A DNA stretch of 45,266 nt, from assembly GCA_965365795.1 (NCBI GenBank), contig CBDUDB010000002.1:1-45266 (forward strand), written 5' to 3'. The stretch's first letter is position 1; each line of letters opens with the position of its first letter. Of the stretch, positions 35,963 to 45,266 are shown in pieces. The notes under the pieces were generated by a model. It was not told the origin of the DNA, made no database searches, and was given only the letters and a program-made list of their open reading frames with translations. Source of the DNA: an uncultured bacterium (GTDB lineage Bacteria; Krumholzibacteriota; Krumholzibacteriia; LZORAL124-64-63). Position numbers and translations under genes: made by a program.

Positions 35963-36490
35963 TTATTGTTTCCGGTTCATGGCAGCGCGCCATTTACCGA
36001 ACAGGACGTTCAAGAAGTTGTTGCGCGGCAACCACCGCACAACGGGTGGGCGCCGGGGATCAAGTTCATCGACCGCGCCCTCCATCTCCTGGTCACCGGT
36101 GGCCAATCGGCGTGCTCTTTGGAGGTTCATAAAAGCGGAACCGCGCCGACTACCGAGGAGATTGACCCGGCCAAGCGCATAGTAGGCGATAGCCTCGAAG
36201 GGATTGTTGCGGACCACGTTTTTGGCCAGTTTTTCGGCCGAGACAAACTTCCTTTTCCCTGCCATACAGACCGCGATATGCGCCTGGCATTCCTTGTGGT
36301 CGGGGATCCGCTCCAGCGCCTGACGGAGCAGCTTTTCAGCCTCCGTGTACTGGTCATTTTCGATGAGTCGCTTGGACCTGCGCACCATCTCCGCCGCAAA
36401 TTCCGTGTCAACTTCTCTGGTGGTGGAATAGGTCATCTGGCCGTGGATTTTCTTCCCCGGAACCAAGATGTTGTTCTTCGATTCATACAT
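35963..36490 (-). CDS. Hypothetical protein, helical-repeat (TPR-like) appearance
   Basis: 175 aa from ATG 36490 (GGAGAA upstream). …YTEAEKLLRQALERIPDHKECQAHIAVCM…PFEAIAYYALGRV… suggests TPR-like helices. No family recognised. Confidence 0.45.
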   Translation of the reverse strand: MYESKNNILVPGKKIHGQMTYSTTREVDTEFAAEMVRRSKRLIENDQYTEAEKLLRQALERIPDHKECQAHIAVCMAGKRKFVSAEKLAKNVVRNNPFEAIAYYALGRVNLLGSRRGSAFMNLQRARRLATGDQEMEGAVDELDPRRPPVVRWLPRNNFLNVLFGKWRAAMNRKQ

Positions 36491-36812
36491 TATTTCTCCA
36501 AGCATCACGAAAATCCGCCCAAAAACCCGGCGGGAACCACACCCCACCAAGAGAACCCTGGATTATTTCTATCGACCATATATCCCGGGATTTGAGGATT
36601 TTCTGGGTTTTGGAGTGTCTCCGGTGGTTTCTGGCCTGTTGCCCCCGAAGACCCACTTGTCAAATCACCTAAGTATTTTCTTTGTGGGGATTAATGTGAT
36701 ATCCTTGGGGCGCTGAAGAAAATCGGGAGGGGATTTTCCGTGACCAAAAAAACTAATGCGACTCTGTGGCCAATCCATCGCGACAACCAGACCGATGGCC
36801 ACAGGAGGAACC

Positions 36813-37715
36813 ATGGATCCAGGAAACGGCACCTCCCCCGAATGGGGCCCCTACGAACAGCTGTTCGTAAAATACGACGATAATCAGAAGACCCTATGGT
36901 ACCACCTGGCCCCTCGGTCACGACCTTGTTTCAATTTCGATCTGCTCAACGAATTACGTCGGCTCCAGCACCAGGTGGAACTTCTCAATCACGCTGCCGA
37001 GACGGGCCATGATGCCCTGCCCATCCGCTACACTGTACTGGCCAGTAGCGTTCCCGGGGTTTTTAACCTCGGGGGGGACCTGAACCTCTTTTCCAAATTG
37101 ATCACCGGCGGTGACAGGGAAGGGCTGCTTGGTTATGCCAAAGCATGCATCGATGTCCTTTATCCCAATGCCGTCAACTTTGACATGCCCATGACCACCA
37201 TCACGCTGGTCCAGGGCGACGCTTTGGGTGGGGGGTTCGAGGCCGCCATTTCCAGCAACGTGGTCATTGCCGAAAAAAGCGCCAAGTTCGGACTACCAGA
37301 GGTTCTCTTCAACCTGGTTCCGGGCATGGGCGCCTACAGTTTCCTGGTACGCCGCACCGGACCGGATATTGCCGAAAAGATCATCATGAGTGGAGAGCTT
37401 CTGACCGCCCATAAGATGCACAACCTGGGCCTGGTCGACGAGGTGGTAGAAGACGGCCAGGGTGAACAGGCCGTGGTTCGTTTCATCCAGCGGCACCAGA
37501 AGCGCGGCAATGCCCACAATGCCATGAACAGAATCAGGAAGTGCATCAATCCCGTGACCTATGAAGAGCTGATCCAGATCACCAAGATCTGGGTGGACGC
37601 GGCCTTGAAGTTGACCAGCCGAGACCTGCGCATGATCGAACGTCTCGTCCAGGCCCAGAACCGCCGAGCAGGAGCCCAGAAACCGTCGCTCAAGGCCCTG
37701 GAAGGGCTGGGTTGA
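36813..37715 (+). CDS. rpfF: DSF-synthase-type crotonase (RpfF family enoyl-CoA hydratase/thioesterase)
   Basis: From memory, colinear with Xanthomonas RpfF over nearly the full length. Shared blocks are RPCF…, VLAS..PGVFNLGGDLNLF..LI..GDR..LL.YA, LVQGDALGGGFEAA (first catalytic Glu), GLPEVLFNLVPGMGAYSF (second Glu), ITKIWVDAA and RLVQAQNRR. ATG 36813 follows AGGAGG. Confidence 0.85.
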   Translation: MDPGNGTSPEWGPYEQLFVKYDDNQKTLWYHLAPRSRPCFNFDLLNELRRLQHQVELLNHAAETGHDALPIRYTVLASSVPGVFNLGGDLNLFSKLITGGDREGLLGYAKACIDVLYPNAVNFDMPMTTITLVQGDALGGGFEAAISSNVVIAEKSAKFGLPEVLFNLVPGMGAYSFLVRRTGPDIAEKIIMSGELLTAHKMHNLGLVDEVVEDGQGEQAVVRFIQRHQKRGNAHNAMNRIRKCINPVTYEELIQITKIWVDAALKLTSRDLRMIERLVQAQNRRAGAQKPSLKALEGLG

Positions 37716-37737
37716 CGGTTCTTATTCGTGAGATTAA

Positions 37738-39435
37738 TCAGACGGTAACAGCAGGTTGGATATCCAGGGCCTTGATGGCCTTGACCACTTCGGAAATCCG
37801 CAGGGGTTTGCTGAGGTGCACGTTCATGCCCACGGCAAGGCACTTTTCCGCGTCGGATTTCGTGGCTTCTGCCGTGAGAGCCATAATGGGGATATTCGCC
37901 CGTTCGTCCTTGAGGGCCCGAATGGCTTCGGTACAGGCGTAACCGTTCATGATCGGCATGCGCACATCCATGAATATCAGATCGTATTGATTCTGTTCGA
38001 ACAGGTCCAGGGCTTCAGCCCCGTTTTCGGCCAGATCCACCTTGATCCCGATCCGTTCCAGCATCCCCTTGACAACCACCTGGTTGAACTTGTTGTCCTC
38101 GGCGACCAGGCCCCGCAGACCGAAGTTCGGTATTTCGACCACTTCAGGATCTTCTTTGGCGGCCGGGGCTTTGCACGCGTCCAGGGTCATGGTCACGGTG
38201 AATGCCGACCCCTGGTCCAGCACCGAATCCACCTGGACATCCCCGCCCATCATGATTGCCAGAGTACGGCTGATGGCCAGGCCCAGACCCGTCCCCCCGA
38301 ACTGGCGGGTCGTGGAGTTATCCGCCTGTTCGAACTGGTCGAATATCGCCGCCAGGCGATCGGGAGGAATCCCGATCCCCGTATCCTCGATCCTGACCGA
38401 AACATTTTCCCTGCCCCCGGACCCGGTGACCCGGCAGACCAGCTTCACTTTTCCCTTGTGGGTGAACTTGATGGCATTGCCGACCAGATTGAAAACAACC
38501 TGCCTGATGCGGGTGGGATCACCCATGAAATAGCGGTGTCCGTCTTCCTGGTAGTCGAAGTCAAATTCCAAGCCCTTGGCTTCGGCCGTGGAATTCATCA
38601 GCAGATGAACGTCCCCCAGCACCTGTTTGAGGTCGAAACGGGTGGACTCCAGCTTCAGGCTGTTCGAGGTGATCTTGGAATAGTCCAGGATATCGTTGAT
38701 GATGTGCAGCAGGGATTCCACCGACCGGGTGATGATGTGCAGGTTCTCTTGCTGTTCCTCGTTCAGGTCGGTGGCCTGCAGGGTTTCCGCCATGCCCAGA
38801 ACGCCATTCATGGGCGTGCGGATCTCGTGGCTCATGGTGGCCAGGAACTGATCTTTGGCTTTGTCCGCCAGGCGGGACTTGGCCAGGGCGAGTTCCAGCT
38901 GGGACATGGTCCTCAGACGTCGTAGAACGCTCAGGAAAAACACGGGCAGAACCAGAACGCCCAGCAGCATGCCGGCGCCGATCTCCATATTGCTCTTCCA
39001 GAAATCATTGAACACGAGCAGGGATCCAAAGCCCAGCGCCCCGATCACGATGGCCACCTTCAGGTGCTGTTCGCCGTAACGAATGCCGTTGCCGATGATG
39101 ATCCACAGGAAGACCGGATAGTAGGAGGCCACGTGGGAGTCGCCGAAATGCAGCCAGTAGGTCATGATGCCCAGATCGGCCAAAATGGTCAAGTATCGCC
39201 GTTGCGGCCACTTGCCTGGCAGCCGGAAGACCATGACATACCACGCGACCGCAAACATCAGGTACAACAGGCACACCACCAGGCCTTGCACCAGCTGACC
39301 GTCCATGTCGAGTCCCTTGTGGATCCCGACCGCGCCGAACGCCAGCGTGGCAATGCCGGTGATGACGACCCTGGCCCTGCTCTGGGACAGTTCCTCGTCA
39401 ATCGTGGTCATCCTGGGTTCATGCGAATTGACCAT
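37738..39435 (-). CDS. RpfC-like hybrid sensor histidine kinase (multi-TM input - HisKA - HATPase_c - REC), no HPt domain
   Basis: 5-6 N-terminal TM helices including the RpfC-type YPVFLWIIIGNGIRYG segment. H-box FLATMSHEIRTPMNG. NLVGNAIKFT, DTGIGI, GTGLGLAIS. C-terminal REC (GLVAEDNKFNQ, LIFMDVRMPIMNG, IMALTA, HLSKP). It ends directly after REC. Confidence 0.83.
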   Translation of the reverse strand: MVNSHEPRMTTIDEELSQSRARVVITGIATLAFGAVGIHKGLDMDGQLVQGLVVCLLYLMFAVAWYVMVFRLPGKWPQRRYLTILADLGIMTYWLHFGDSHVASYYPVFLWIIIGNGIRYGEQHLKVAIVIGALGFGSLLVFNDFWKSNMEIGAGMLLGVLVLPVFFLSVLRRLRTMSQLELALAKSRLADKAKDQFLATMSHEIRTPMNGVLGMAETLQATDLNEEQQENLHIITRSVESLLHIINDILDYSKITSNSLKLESTRFDLKQVLGDVHLLMNSTAEAKGLEFDFDYQEDGHRYFMGDPTRIRQVVFNLVGNAIKFTHKGKVKLVCRVTGSGGRENVSVRIEDTGIGIPPDRLAAIFDQFEQADNSTTRQFGGTGLGLAISRTLAIMMGGDVQVDSVLDQGSAFTVTMTLDACKAPAAKEDPEVVEIPNFGLRGLVAEDNKFNQVVVKGMLERIGIKVDLAENGAEALDLFEQNQYDLIFMDVRMPIMNGYACTEAIRALKDERANIPIMALTAEATKSDAEKCLAVGMNVHLSKPLRISEVVKAIKALDIQPAVTV

Positions 39436-39533
39436 CAGCAGCCATTTCGGAAATAGTTTAATACGATGTGCTTGTCCCGGTTATCGGCCACAATTGAGGT
39501 GATTTAACCAAAAAGTGAGAAAATCGCTGGGGG

Positions 39534-39557
39534 CAAAAAATGAGGGGCCCAGCCCCT
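39534..39557 (-). terminator. Intrinsic terminator after the suf operon
   Basis: The minus strand reads AGGGGC-UGG-GCCCCU followed by CAUUUUUUG, about 80 nt downstream of the DUF59 stop. Confidence 0.6.
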
Positions 39558-39638
39558 GTCAGATCACAGCCCATTATCCTGGGTTTTCCACCGGACCCGG
39601 GCTTTAAAGTTTTGCTATGTATTATGAAAATTCAGAAG

Positions 39639-39956
39639 TCAGTCCCAGATACCCAGTTCGGCCCGGACGTCTTCCGAGGCGTCGGTGCGCGGATCCCAGG
39701 GCGGGCTCCAGACCATATCCACCTGGCAGCGCTGAACCCCGGGGACCGTAAGGGCCTTGTTCCGCACCGCGTCCATGATCTGGGGACCCATGGGGCACAT
39801 GGGGCTGGTCAGGGTCAGGCCGATGGTGGCTTCGGCTGTCTCCTCTTCGAAATCCACCCGGCGCACGAGCCCCAGGTCCACGATGTTCAGGTTGAGTTCC
39901 GGGTCGATGACCCGACGCAGGGCCTCGGTGACGTCCATTTCGATCTTGATGCTCAA
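39639..39956 (-). CDS. sufT: DUF59/MIP18-family Fe-S assembly protein (SufT-like)
   Basis: …ALRRVIDPELNLNIVDLGLV…TLTSPMCPMG… is the DUF59 signature. I chose TTG 39956 (GGAGG at 6 nt, just after the sufU stop). The alternative ATG 39938 has no RBS. Confidence 0.72.
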   Translation of the reverse strand: MSIKIEMDVTEALRRVIDPELNLNIVDLGLVRRVDFEEETAEATIGLTLTSPMCPMGPQIMDAVRNKALTVPGVQRCQVDMVWSPPWDPRTDASEDVRAELGIWD

Positions 39957-39957
39957 A

Positions 39958-40431
39958 CTAAACCTCCGTGGTAGCTTCACCCACCGGCCGGCCTTCCCGG
40001 CGGGCGGTGACCGCTTCCAGCATGGTGATCCAGGGCAAAAGGGCACATTTGACACGCACCGGGAACTTGCGCACCCCGGTCAACACTTCAAGGTCACCGG
40101 GATCCAGGTCGTCGGAAAGTTCGACGTCCTTGTGGTGCATGGTCTGCCGAAAGGCCTCGGCCAATTGGGCGGCCTCGGCCAGGGTGCGGCCCAGTAAAAG
40201 TTCCCCGAGTATCGACCCGCTGGCCGTGGCGATAGCGCACCCGGCCGTGCGCACCGAAACAGCGCTGATCTTTTCCCCGTCAAAAGCCAGTTGCAGGGTC
40301 ACTTCATCCCCACAAGAGGGATTTTTTCCCGCGGCTTCGGCGTCCGCGTGCTGAAGGGGTTCACCGCAGCGTGGACTGCGGTGGTGATCCAGAATCACTT
40401 CCCTGTAGAGATCGTCCATGCCGGCATTCAT
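39958..40431 (-). CDS. sufU: SUF-system Fe-S scaffold/sulfurtransferase SufU (NifU N-terminal-like)
   Basis: LYREVILDHHRSPR, NPSCGDE, GCAIATAS and PVRVKCALLPW motifs. ATGA overlap with sufS. Confidence 0.87.
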   Translation of the reverse strand: MNAGMDDLYREVILDHHRSPRCGEPLQHADAEAAGKNPSCGDEVTLQLAFDGEKISAVSVRTAGCAIATASGSILGELLLGRTLAEAAQLAEAFRQTMHHKDVELSDDLDPGDLEVLTGVRKFPVRVKCALLPWITMLEAVTARREGRPVGEATTEV

Positions 40432-41723
40432 GTGGCGAAGATACTCCTGGCGTAGGTGATGGCGTCGACCAGGGCGTCGACATCGTCATGGGAATTGTAC
40501 ATGGCAAAAGAAGCCCGGGTGGTGGCTACCACACCCAGGTGTTGGTGCAGCGGCTGGGCACAATGATGTCCCGCCCGCACCGCGACACCCCGGGAATCGA
40601 GCAACTGGGCCATGTCATGGGCATGGACGGCCGGATCGTGGAAACTGATCAGCCCCCCGCGCGCGGTCGGATCAGCGGGACCGTACAAGGTCAAACCACC
40701 CAGAGCGGACAAACGCTCCCAGGCGTATCCGTTCAGGGAAATTTCGTGGGTCCGCAAACGCTCCAACGTGACCTCGTCGATCAGATCCAAGGCGTGGGTG
40801 AAGGCGGCAACGGCGGCAACGTTCGGGGTTCCCGCTTCGAGCCGGTGGGGCAATTCGGCCCAGGTAGCGTCGTCCATGGTGACCGTCTCGATCATTTCAC
40901 CCCCCGATTCCAGGGGATCGAGATCCTCGAGTATTTCCGGTTTCCCGGTCAGAAAACCCAGGCCCATGGGGCCATAGGTCTTGTGGGCGGAAAAAGCCAG
41001 CAGGTCGGCGCCGAGTTCGTCCGGGCAGACCGGCAGATGTCCCACGGACTGGGCGGCGTCCACGACCACGATGGCTCCGTGGCGGTGAGCCGCAGCCGCG
41101 ATTTCGGCCACGGGATTGATGGTCCCCAGGACATTCGACACATGGGTCAGGGCCACCACTTTGGTCCGGCTGTTCAGCAGTTCGCCCAAAAGGTCCAGGT
41201 CCAGCAGACCCGCCTTGGTCACAGGCAGGTGTCGAAGAATCAGGCCTTCATTTTTTGCGACCCGGATCCAGGGAACGAGGTTGGCGTGATGCTCCATCCC
41301 GGTTACCAGGATCTCGTCACCAGGACGAAATCGGTGCCCAAGTCCCCGGGCGACCATATTGAGGGCGGAGGTTGTCCCCCGGGTGATGACCACCTGCTCC
41401 GCATGGGGTACACCTAGGAAACGCGCCACGCGGGACCGCCCGCCTTCGAACAGATCGGTGGCCTCGGCGGCCAGGGTGTGCATGCCCCGGTGGACGTTGG
41501 CGTTGTGGGTCCTGTAATACCTCGCCTCGGCGGCGATCACCGCTTCGGGTTTCTGGCTCGTCGCTCCGTTGTCCAGGTAGACCAGGGGACGACCATCCAT
41601 TTGGCGGAGCAAAATGGGGAAACGATTCGCCATGAGCGGGCCGCAGTGGCTGCAGTCCCCCCGCTGGCCATCGCAAGGATGGACTCCGGCGGGCGCAGGC
41701 AGGGAATGGTTCAAAGAATCCAT
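40428..41723 (-). CDS. sufS: Cysteine desulfurase SufS (class II PLP enzyme)
   Basis: YLDNGATSQKP, HNANVHRG, PLP-Lys context AFSAHKTYGP, and active-site loop RAGHHCAQP. ATG 41723 overlaps the sufD stop (TGATG) and follows GAGGGAGGAA. The listed ORF to 41927 is an artefactual extension. Confidence 0.9.
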   Translation of the reverse strand: MDSLNHSLPAPAGVHPCDGQRGDCSHCGPLMANRFPILLRQMDGRPLVYLDNGATSQKPEAVIAAEARYYRTHNANVHRGMHTLAAEATDLFEGGRSRVARFLGVPHAEQVVITRGTTSALNMVARGLGHRFRPGDEILVTGMEHHANLVPWIRVAKNEGLILRHLPVTKAGLLDLDLLGELLNSRTKVVALTHVSNVLGTINPVAEIAAAAHRHGAIVVVDAAQSVGHLPVCPDELGADLLAFSAHKTYGPMGLGFLTGKPEILEDLDPLESGGEMIETVTMDDATWAELPHRLEAGTPNVAAVAAFTHALDLIDEVTLERLRTHEISLNGYAWERLSALGGLTLYGPADPTARGGLISFHDPAVHAHDMAQLLDSRGVAVRAGHHCAQPLHQHLGVVATTRASFAMYNSHDDVDALVDAITYARSIFAT

Positions 41724-43024
41724 CAGGATTCCTCCCTCAGCCGATCCAGGCGGCCGGCGACCAGTTCTTCCACACCGGGCCTCAGGGCCGCGGGAATGCT
41801 CTGAAGGGTTTTTTCCAGAAATCCCCTGACGACCAACCGCAGGGCCTGGTCCGGATCCATTCCCCGGCTTTCCAGGTAGAACAGCTGGTCCGGATCCACC
41901 GGAGCCACTGTGGCGCCGTGGCTGCAACTGACTTCCTCGTTCAGGATTTCCAGTTCGGGAATGGCGTCGGCCCGGCTCTTGGTGGACAGCAACAGGTTGC
42001 GATTCACCTGGTAGGCTTCGCTGAAGCGGGCGCCTTCGGCGATCCGGATCAGACCGGTGTAGCTGCTGCGGGCCCGGTCCGCGGCCACCGCTTTGAAATC
42101 GATGTCGCTCCAGGTCCGGCCGGCCAGGTGGCGGTGCCGGGTGTGGTGATCGAAACGCTGTTTGTCTCCACCCAGGGCCACGCCTACCATCCGGCTGCGC
42201 GCCCCTTCCCCCTGGAGGTCCGTGGTCAATTCCATCTTGATCCGATCTCCCCCGAAAGAGGCGAACACCGAAAGCAGATCGCTGTCGCGCCCGGCCCGGG
42301 ACTGCACGGTCAGATGGCCCCTGGTGCCCGTGGCCCAGGTCTGCAGAAGGACATGGCGCACGCGGGCTGCGGTCCCACCCACTACATCACTCCGGCCGAT
42401 TACGGTTACATCTTCGCCTCCGTCGACGTGCTGCTCGACGAGAGTGGCTTCGGCGCCGGATCCGACCCGGAAGAGGATCCGCGGTGCCACAACCGCCCCC
42501 TGGGCATGGATCCTGACCACCACCGGCCCGGGCAGAGTTGCACCGGCGGCGACGTCAATCTTCACACCCGCATTCCAGATTGCGGAGTTCAAGTGGCGGA
42601 ACAAGGCCGAGGGTGCATCGGCGTCATCCAGGGTCCCCGCCGCCATGCTTCCGTCCAAGGGACCGACGAGCAACGCCCCTTCATCCGGCTCACGGGCCAG
42701 CTGCACCACGGGGGGCCTACCGGGCCAGAGGTCCACGGTGGCAGCCGCCTCGGCAACTTCAGGCAAGGGTTCCGGAACTATCCCCGCACCGGTCAGGGCG
42801 TCCGCGGAAAGATCCGCGGGCAACAGATTTTCGGGATTGGTAAACTTCCACAGGTGCTGCACCCGATCCGGAAGTCCGGCTTCATCATAACGTACACGGG
42901 CCTCCTGGCGCGCCTTCCGGGCGGTCGGAATCTGGGCCAATTGCTCGCACAGCGCGGTCAGATCGTCGATCGCAAGGGCCGGCCGCGGATCGACCATGGT
43001 GGTTTCGGTAGTCAAATCAGCCAA
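41723..43024 (-). CDS. sufD: Fe-S cluster assembly protein SufD
   Basis: SufB/D beta-helix C-terminal region (…[21 protein letters not shown]…SYTGLIRI…NLLLS…ELEI…V.CSHGATV…FYLESRGM…). Positioned between sufB and sufS. TTG start 43024 follows GGAGGGG. Confidence 0.85.
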   Translation of the reverse strand: MADLTTETTMVDPRPALAIDDLTALCEQLAQIPTARKARQEARVRYDEAGLPDRVQHLWKFTNPENLLPADLSADALTGAGIVPEPLPEVAEAAATVDLWPGRPPVVQLAREPDEGALLVGPLDGSMAAGTLDDADAPSALFRHLNSAIWNAGVKIDVAAGATLPGPVVVRIHAQGAVVAPRILFRVGSGAEATLVEQHVDGGEDVTVIGRSDVVGGTAARVRHVLLQTWATGTRGHLTVQSRAGRDSDLLSVFASFGGDRIKMELTTDLQGEGARSRMVGVALGGDKQRFDHHTRHRHLAGRTWSDIDFKAVAADRARSSYTGLIRIAEGARFSEAYQVNRNLLLSTKSRADAIPELEILNEEVSCSHGATVAPVDPDQLFYLESRGMDPDQALRLVVRGFLEKTLQSIPAALRPGVEELVAGRLDRLREES

Positions 43025-44435
43025 CGGACCCCTCCATTTCCAGTTCGATCAGGCGGTTCAATTCGACCGCGTATTCCATGGGCAGTTCCTTGACGAAGGG
43101 CTCGATGAATCCATTGACGATCATCATGCGGGCCTTGTCCTCGTCCAGGCCGCGGCTTTGCAGATAAAACAACTGTTCCTCGGCTACCTTGGAGACGCGC
43201 GCCTCGTGTTCGACCCGTACATCCTCTTCGGCCACGTCCATGGTGGGATAGGTATCACTGCGGGCCTGCTCGCCGATGAGAAGGGCGTCGCACTCGACAT
43301 TGGTCTTGCAGCCATGGGCGCCGCGGGCAACCTTCACCAGCCCACGGTAGCTGGAACGACCGTTGTCCTTGCTGATGGATTTCGAGACAATCCGGCTGGT
43401 CGTATTGGGGGCCGCGTGAGTCATCTTGGCGCCGGCGTCCTGATGCTGACCGTTACCTGCGAAGGCGATCGAAAGCACCTCACCGTGAGCCCGTTCGCCC
43501 TTCAAGACTATGGCCGGGTATTTCATGGTGAGCTTGGAACCGATGTTGCCGTCCACCCACTCCACCACGGCGTCCTCGTAGGCGTGGGCCCGCTTGGTCA
43601 CCAGGTTGAACACGTTGGTCGACCAGTTCTGGATGGTGGTGTAACGAATGTGCGCCCCTTTGAGAGCCACCAGTTCCACCACCGCCGAATGCAGGGAATC
43701 GGACGAATAGGTGGGGGCAGTGCATCCCTCGATGTAGTGCACGCTGCTTCCCTCGTCGGCAATGATCAGCGTCCGCTCGAATTGCCCCATGTTTTCGGCG
43801 TTGATGCGGAAGTAGGCCTGCAAGGGAATGTCCACCTTGATGTTAGGCGGCACGTAGATGAACGACCCGCCGGACCAGGCGGCGGTGTTGAGAGCCGAGA
43901 ACTTGTTGTCCCGGGTGGGGATGATCTTGCCGAAATACTTCTTCACGATGTCCGGGTGCTTCCGCAGGCCGGAATCCATGTCCATGAACAGGACACCCAG
44001 CTTTTCCAGATCTTCCCGGATGGAGTGGTAGACCACTTCCGATTCGTACTGGGCGGTCACGCCGGCCAGGAACTTGCGCTCGGCCTCGGGCACGCCCAGA
44101 CGGTCGAAAGTGTTCTTGATGTCGGCGGGCACATCGTCCCAGTCGCGGGCCTGTTCACCCTTGGGCTTGATGTAGTAGTGGATGTTGTCGAAGTCGATCT
44201 CCGCCAAAAGGTCGCTGTTGCCCCAGGTGGGCATGGGTTTGGCCAGGAAAATGTCGAGGGCCTCGTGGCGCATCTTGTTCATCCAGGCCGGCTCTTTCTT
44301 TTTCTGGGAGATCATCTCCACCACTTCGTGGTCGATCCCTTTGGGGGCTTTCAGCAAATAATCCTCGGGGTTGTGGAACCCGTACTTTTCGGTGTAGTCC
44401 TGGTTGATGCCGGCTACGTTCTGCTTGGCGCTCAT
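43017..44435 (-). CDS. sufB: Fe-S cluster assembly scaffold SufB
   Basis: Highly conserved SufB blocks (…[23 protein letters not shown]…HSAVVE…[11 protein letters not shown]…SKSIS…RGLVKV…ECDALL…[19 protein letters not shown]…). Confidence 0.93.
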   Translation of the reverse strand: MSAKQNVAGINQDYTEKYGFHNPEDYLLKAPKGIDHEVVEMISQKKKEPAWMNKMRHEALDIFLAKPMPTWGNSDLLAEIDFDNIHYYIKPKGEQARDWDDVPADIKNTFDRLGVPEAERKFLAGVTAQYESEVVYHSIREDLEKLGVLFMDMDSGLRKHPDIVKKYFGKIIPTRDNKFSALNTAAWSGGSFIYVPPNIKVDIPLQAYFRINAENMGQFERTLIIADEGSSVHYIEGCTAPTYSSDSLHSAVVELVALKGAHIRYTTIQNWSTNVFNLVTKRAHAYEDAVVEWVDGNIGSKLTMKYPAIVLKGERAHGEVLSIAFAGNGQHQDAGAKMTHAAPNTTSRIVSKSISKDNGRSSYRGLVKVARGAHGCKTNVECDALLIGEQARSDTYPTMDVAEEDVRVEHEARVSKVAEEQLFYLQSRGLDEDKARMMIVNGFIEPFVKELPMEYAVELNRLIELEMEGSVG

Positions 44436-45232
44436 GCTGCACCTCCGGATCCGGCCGCGCTGGGCTCGAGCAGCCAGTCGTAACCCTTGGTCTCAAGTTC
44501 CTTGGGCAACTCGGATCCGCCGGTGCGGACAAGACGGCCGTCCATGAAAACGTGAACGATGTCGGGTTTGACGTAGTCCAGGATCCTCTGGTAGTGGGTC
44601 ACCATCAGCATCCCGTTTTCCGGACCTGTGGCGTTGTTGATTCCGGCCGAGACAACCTTGAGGGCGTCGATATCCAGGCCGCTGTCCGTCTCATCCAAAA
44701 GGGAGAACACGGGTTTGAGCATGAGCATCTGCAGGATTTCCAGGCGTTTCTTTTCTCCCCCGGAAAATCCTTCGTTCAGGTAGCGGGAAATGAAGCTGCG
44801 GTCGATGCCCATTTCCTTGAAGGCTGCTTCCATTTCCTTGCGGAATTCACGCACCGGAATTTCCTGGCCCCGCCGAGCGGCCAGAGAGGCCCGCAGGAAG
44901 TTGGCCACCGAAACTCCCGGAACGGCCACCGGGTACTGGAAACTCATGAACATTCCACGCCGGGCCCGCTCGTGAGCAGGAAGCTCGTCGACACGTTCTC
45001 CGGCCAGCCAGATTTCCCCGGACACCTCGTAACCGGGATGCCCCATCAGGGCCGCTGCCAGGGTCGATTTTCCAGAGCCGTTGGGCCCCATCAAGGCGTG
45101 CTTTTCGCCCTTGCGAATGGTCAGGTCAACGCCCTTGACCAATTCTTTGGCCTCATCCTTGTCCTGAACCGAAACTTGTAAGTTGCGACAGGCAAAAACG
45201 ATATCGCTATTATTCAAAGCGGAGTTGCTCAA
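44432..45232 (-). CDS. sufC: Fe-S cluster assembly ATPase SufC
   Basis: Walker [14 protein letters not shown] signature FSGGEKKR, Walker [14 protein letters not shown]-loop MVTHY. TTG start at 45232. ATGA overlap with sufB. Confidence 0.92.
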   Translation of the reverse strand: MSNSALNNSDIVFACRNLQVSVQDKDEAKELVKGVDLTIRKGEKHALMGPNGSGKSTLAAALMGHPGYEVSGEIWLAGERVDELPAHERARRGMFMSFQYPVAVPGVSVANFLRASLAARRGQEIPVREFRKEMEAAFKEMGIDRSFISRYLNEGFSGGEKKRLEILQMLMLKPVFSLLDETDSGLDIDALKVVSAGINNATGPENGMLMVTHYQRILDYVKPDIVHVFMDGRLVRTGGSELPKELETKGYDWLLEPSAAGSGGAA

Positions 45233-45266
45233 TTCCCTACCCCTTGCAACGGCTGCCGGCAGCCGG

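Noticed and set aside
34611-35993. 460-aa minus-strand ORF opposite ovoA
   Set aside because: ovoA on the plus strand shows all three conserved domains. The antisense translation has no motifs.
37756-38925. 389-aa plus-strand ORF opposite the RpfC-like kinase
   Set aside because: The H-box, N, G1, G2 and REC motifs all read on the minus strand, so the antisense ORF is a GC-driven artefact.
40371-44483. Series of long plus-strand ORFs (40371-41417, 41918-43093, 42996-44483) opposite sufS, sufD and sufB
   Set aside because: The minus-strand products are strongly conserved Suf proteins. The plus-strand translations are low-complexity.
1-45266. Looked for tRNA/rRNA genes, CRISPR arrays, integrase/transposase genes, IS inverted repeats, toxin-antitoxin pairs and recognisable phage-defence modules
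   Set aside because: None was found by eye. The T-arm-like GGTCGAACC at ~25497 lacks the rest of a cloverleaf. No ORF has transposase, integrase or restriction-type motifs. A covariance-model or HMM scan would be needed to exclude small RNAs formally.

Overview
GC-rich bacterial chromosomal segment. I saw no rRNA, tRNA, CRISPR array, transposase or integrase, and the taxon cannot be fixed from the sequence alone. About 40 protein genes are supported.

Gene content, left to right:
- 1-1.9 kb: GT4 glycosyltransferase (5'-truncated) and a C-N hydrolase.
- 1.9-8.1 kb: minus-strand glycogen operon galT-glgA-[PAS/GAF histidine kinase]-[REC-only regulator]-glgC.
- 8.3-9.9 kb: polysaccharide deacetylase and a SAM methyltransferase.
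- 9.9-19.9 kb: signalling and anion-transport island. It holds ClC channel(CBS/RCK_C), a CBS-pair protein, REC, a degenerate kinase-like His-phosphotransfer candidate, REC, a Cache-type kinase and a cytidylate-kinase-like/REC fusion. A SulP-STAS-REC transporter is transcribed divergently.
- 20-22.7 kb: tandem M16 peptidase.
- 22.8-27.8 kb: small redox and housekeeping genes (cupin, flavin reductase, EEP nuclease/phosphatase, P-loop ATPase, nitroreductase, VOC).
- 27.8-31.7 kb: a 935-aa GT-C-like membrane protein divergent from a secreted protein built of 15-residue Gly-rich repeats.
- 31.8-36 kb: membrane-anchored octahaem cytochrome c, then ovoA (ovothiol synthase).
- 36.8-39.4 kb: convergent RpfF-like DSF synthase and RpfC-like hybrid kinase.
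- 39.6-45.2 kb: sufCBDSU-DUF59 operon.

Best candidates for an undescribed system:
1. The 12.1-19.9 kb multi-step phosphorelay. It has no transcriptional output domain and is physically tied to two anion transporters. One of these is a SulP carrying its own receiver domain and a periplasmic insert with a CXXCH motif.
2. The DSF-type RpfF/RpfC-like pair, which lacks both HPt and RpfG.

All family calls rest on motif recognition by eye. No searches were run.
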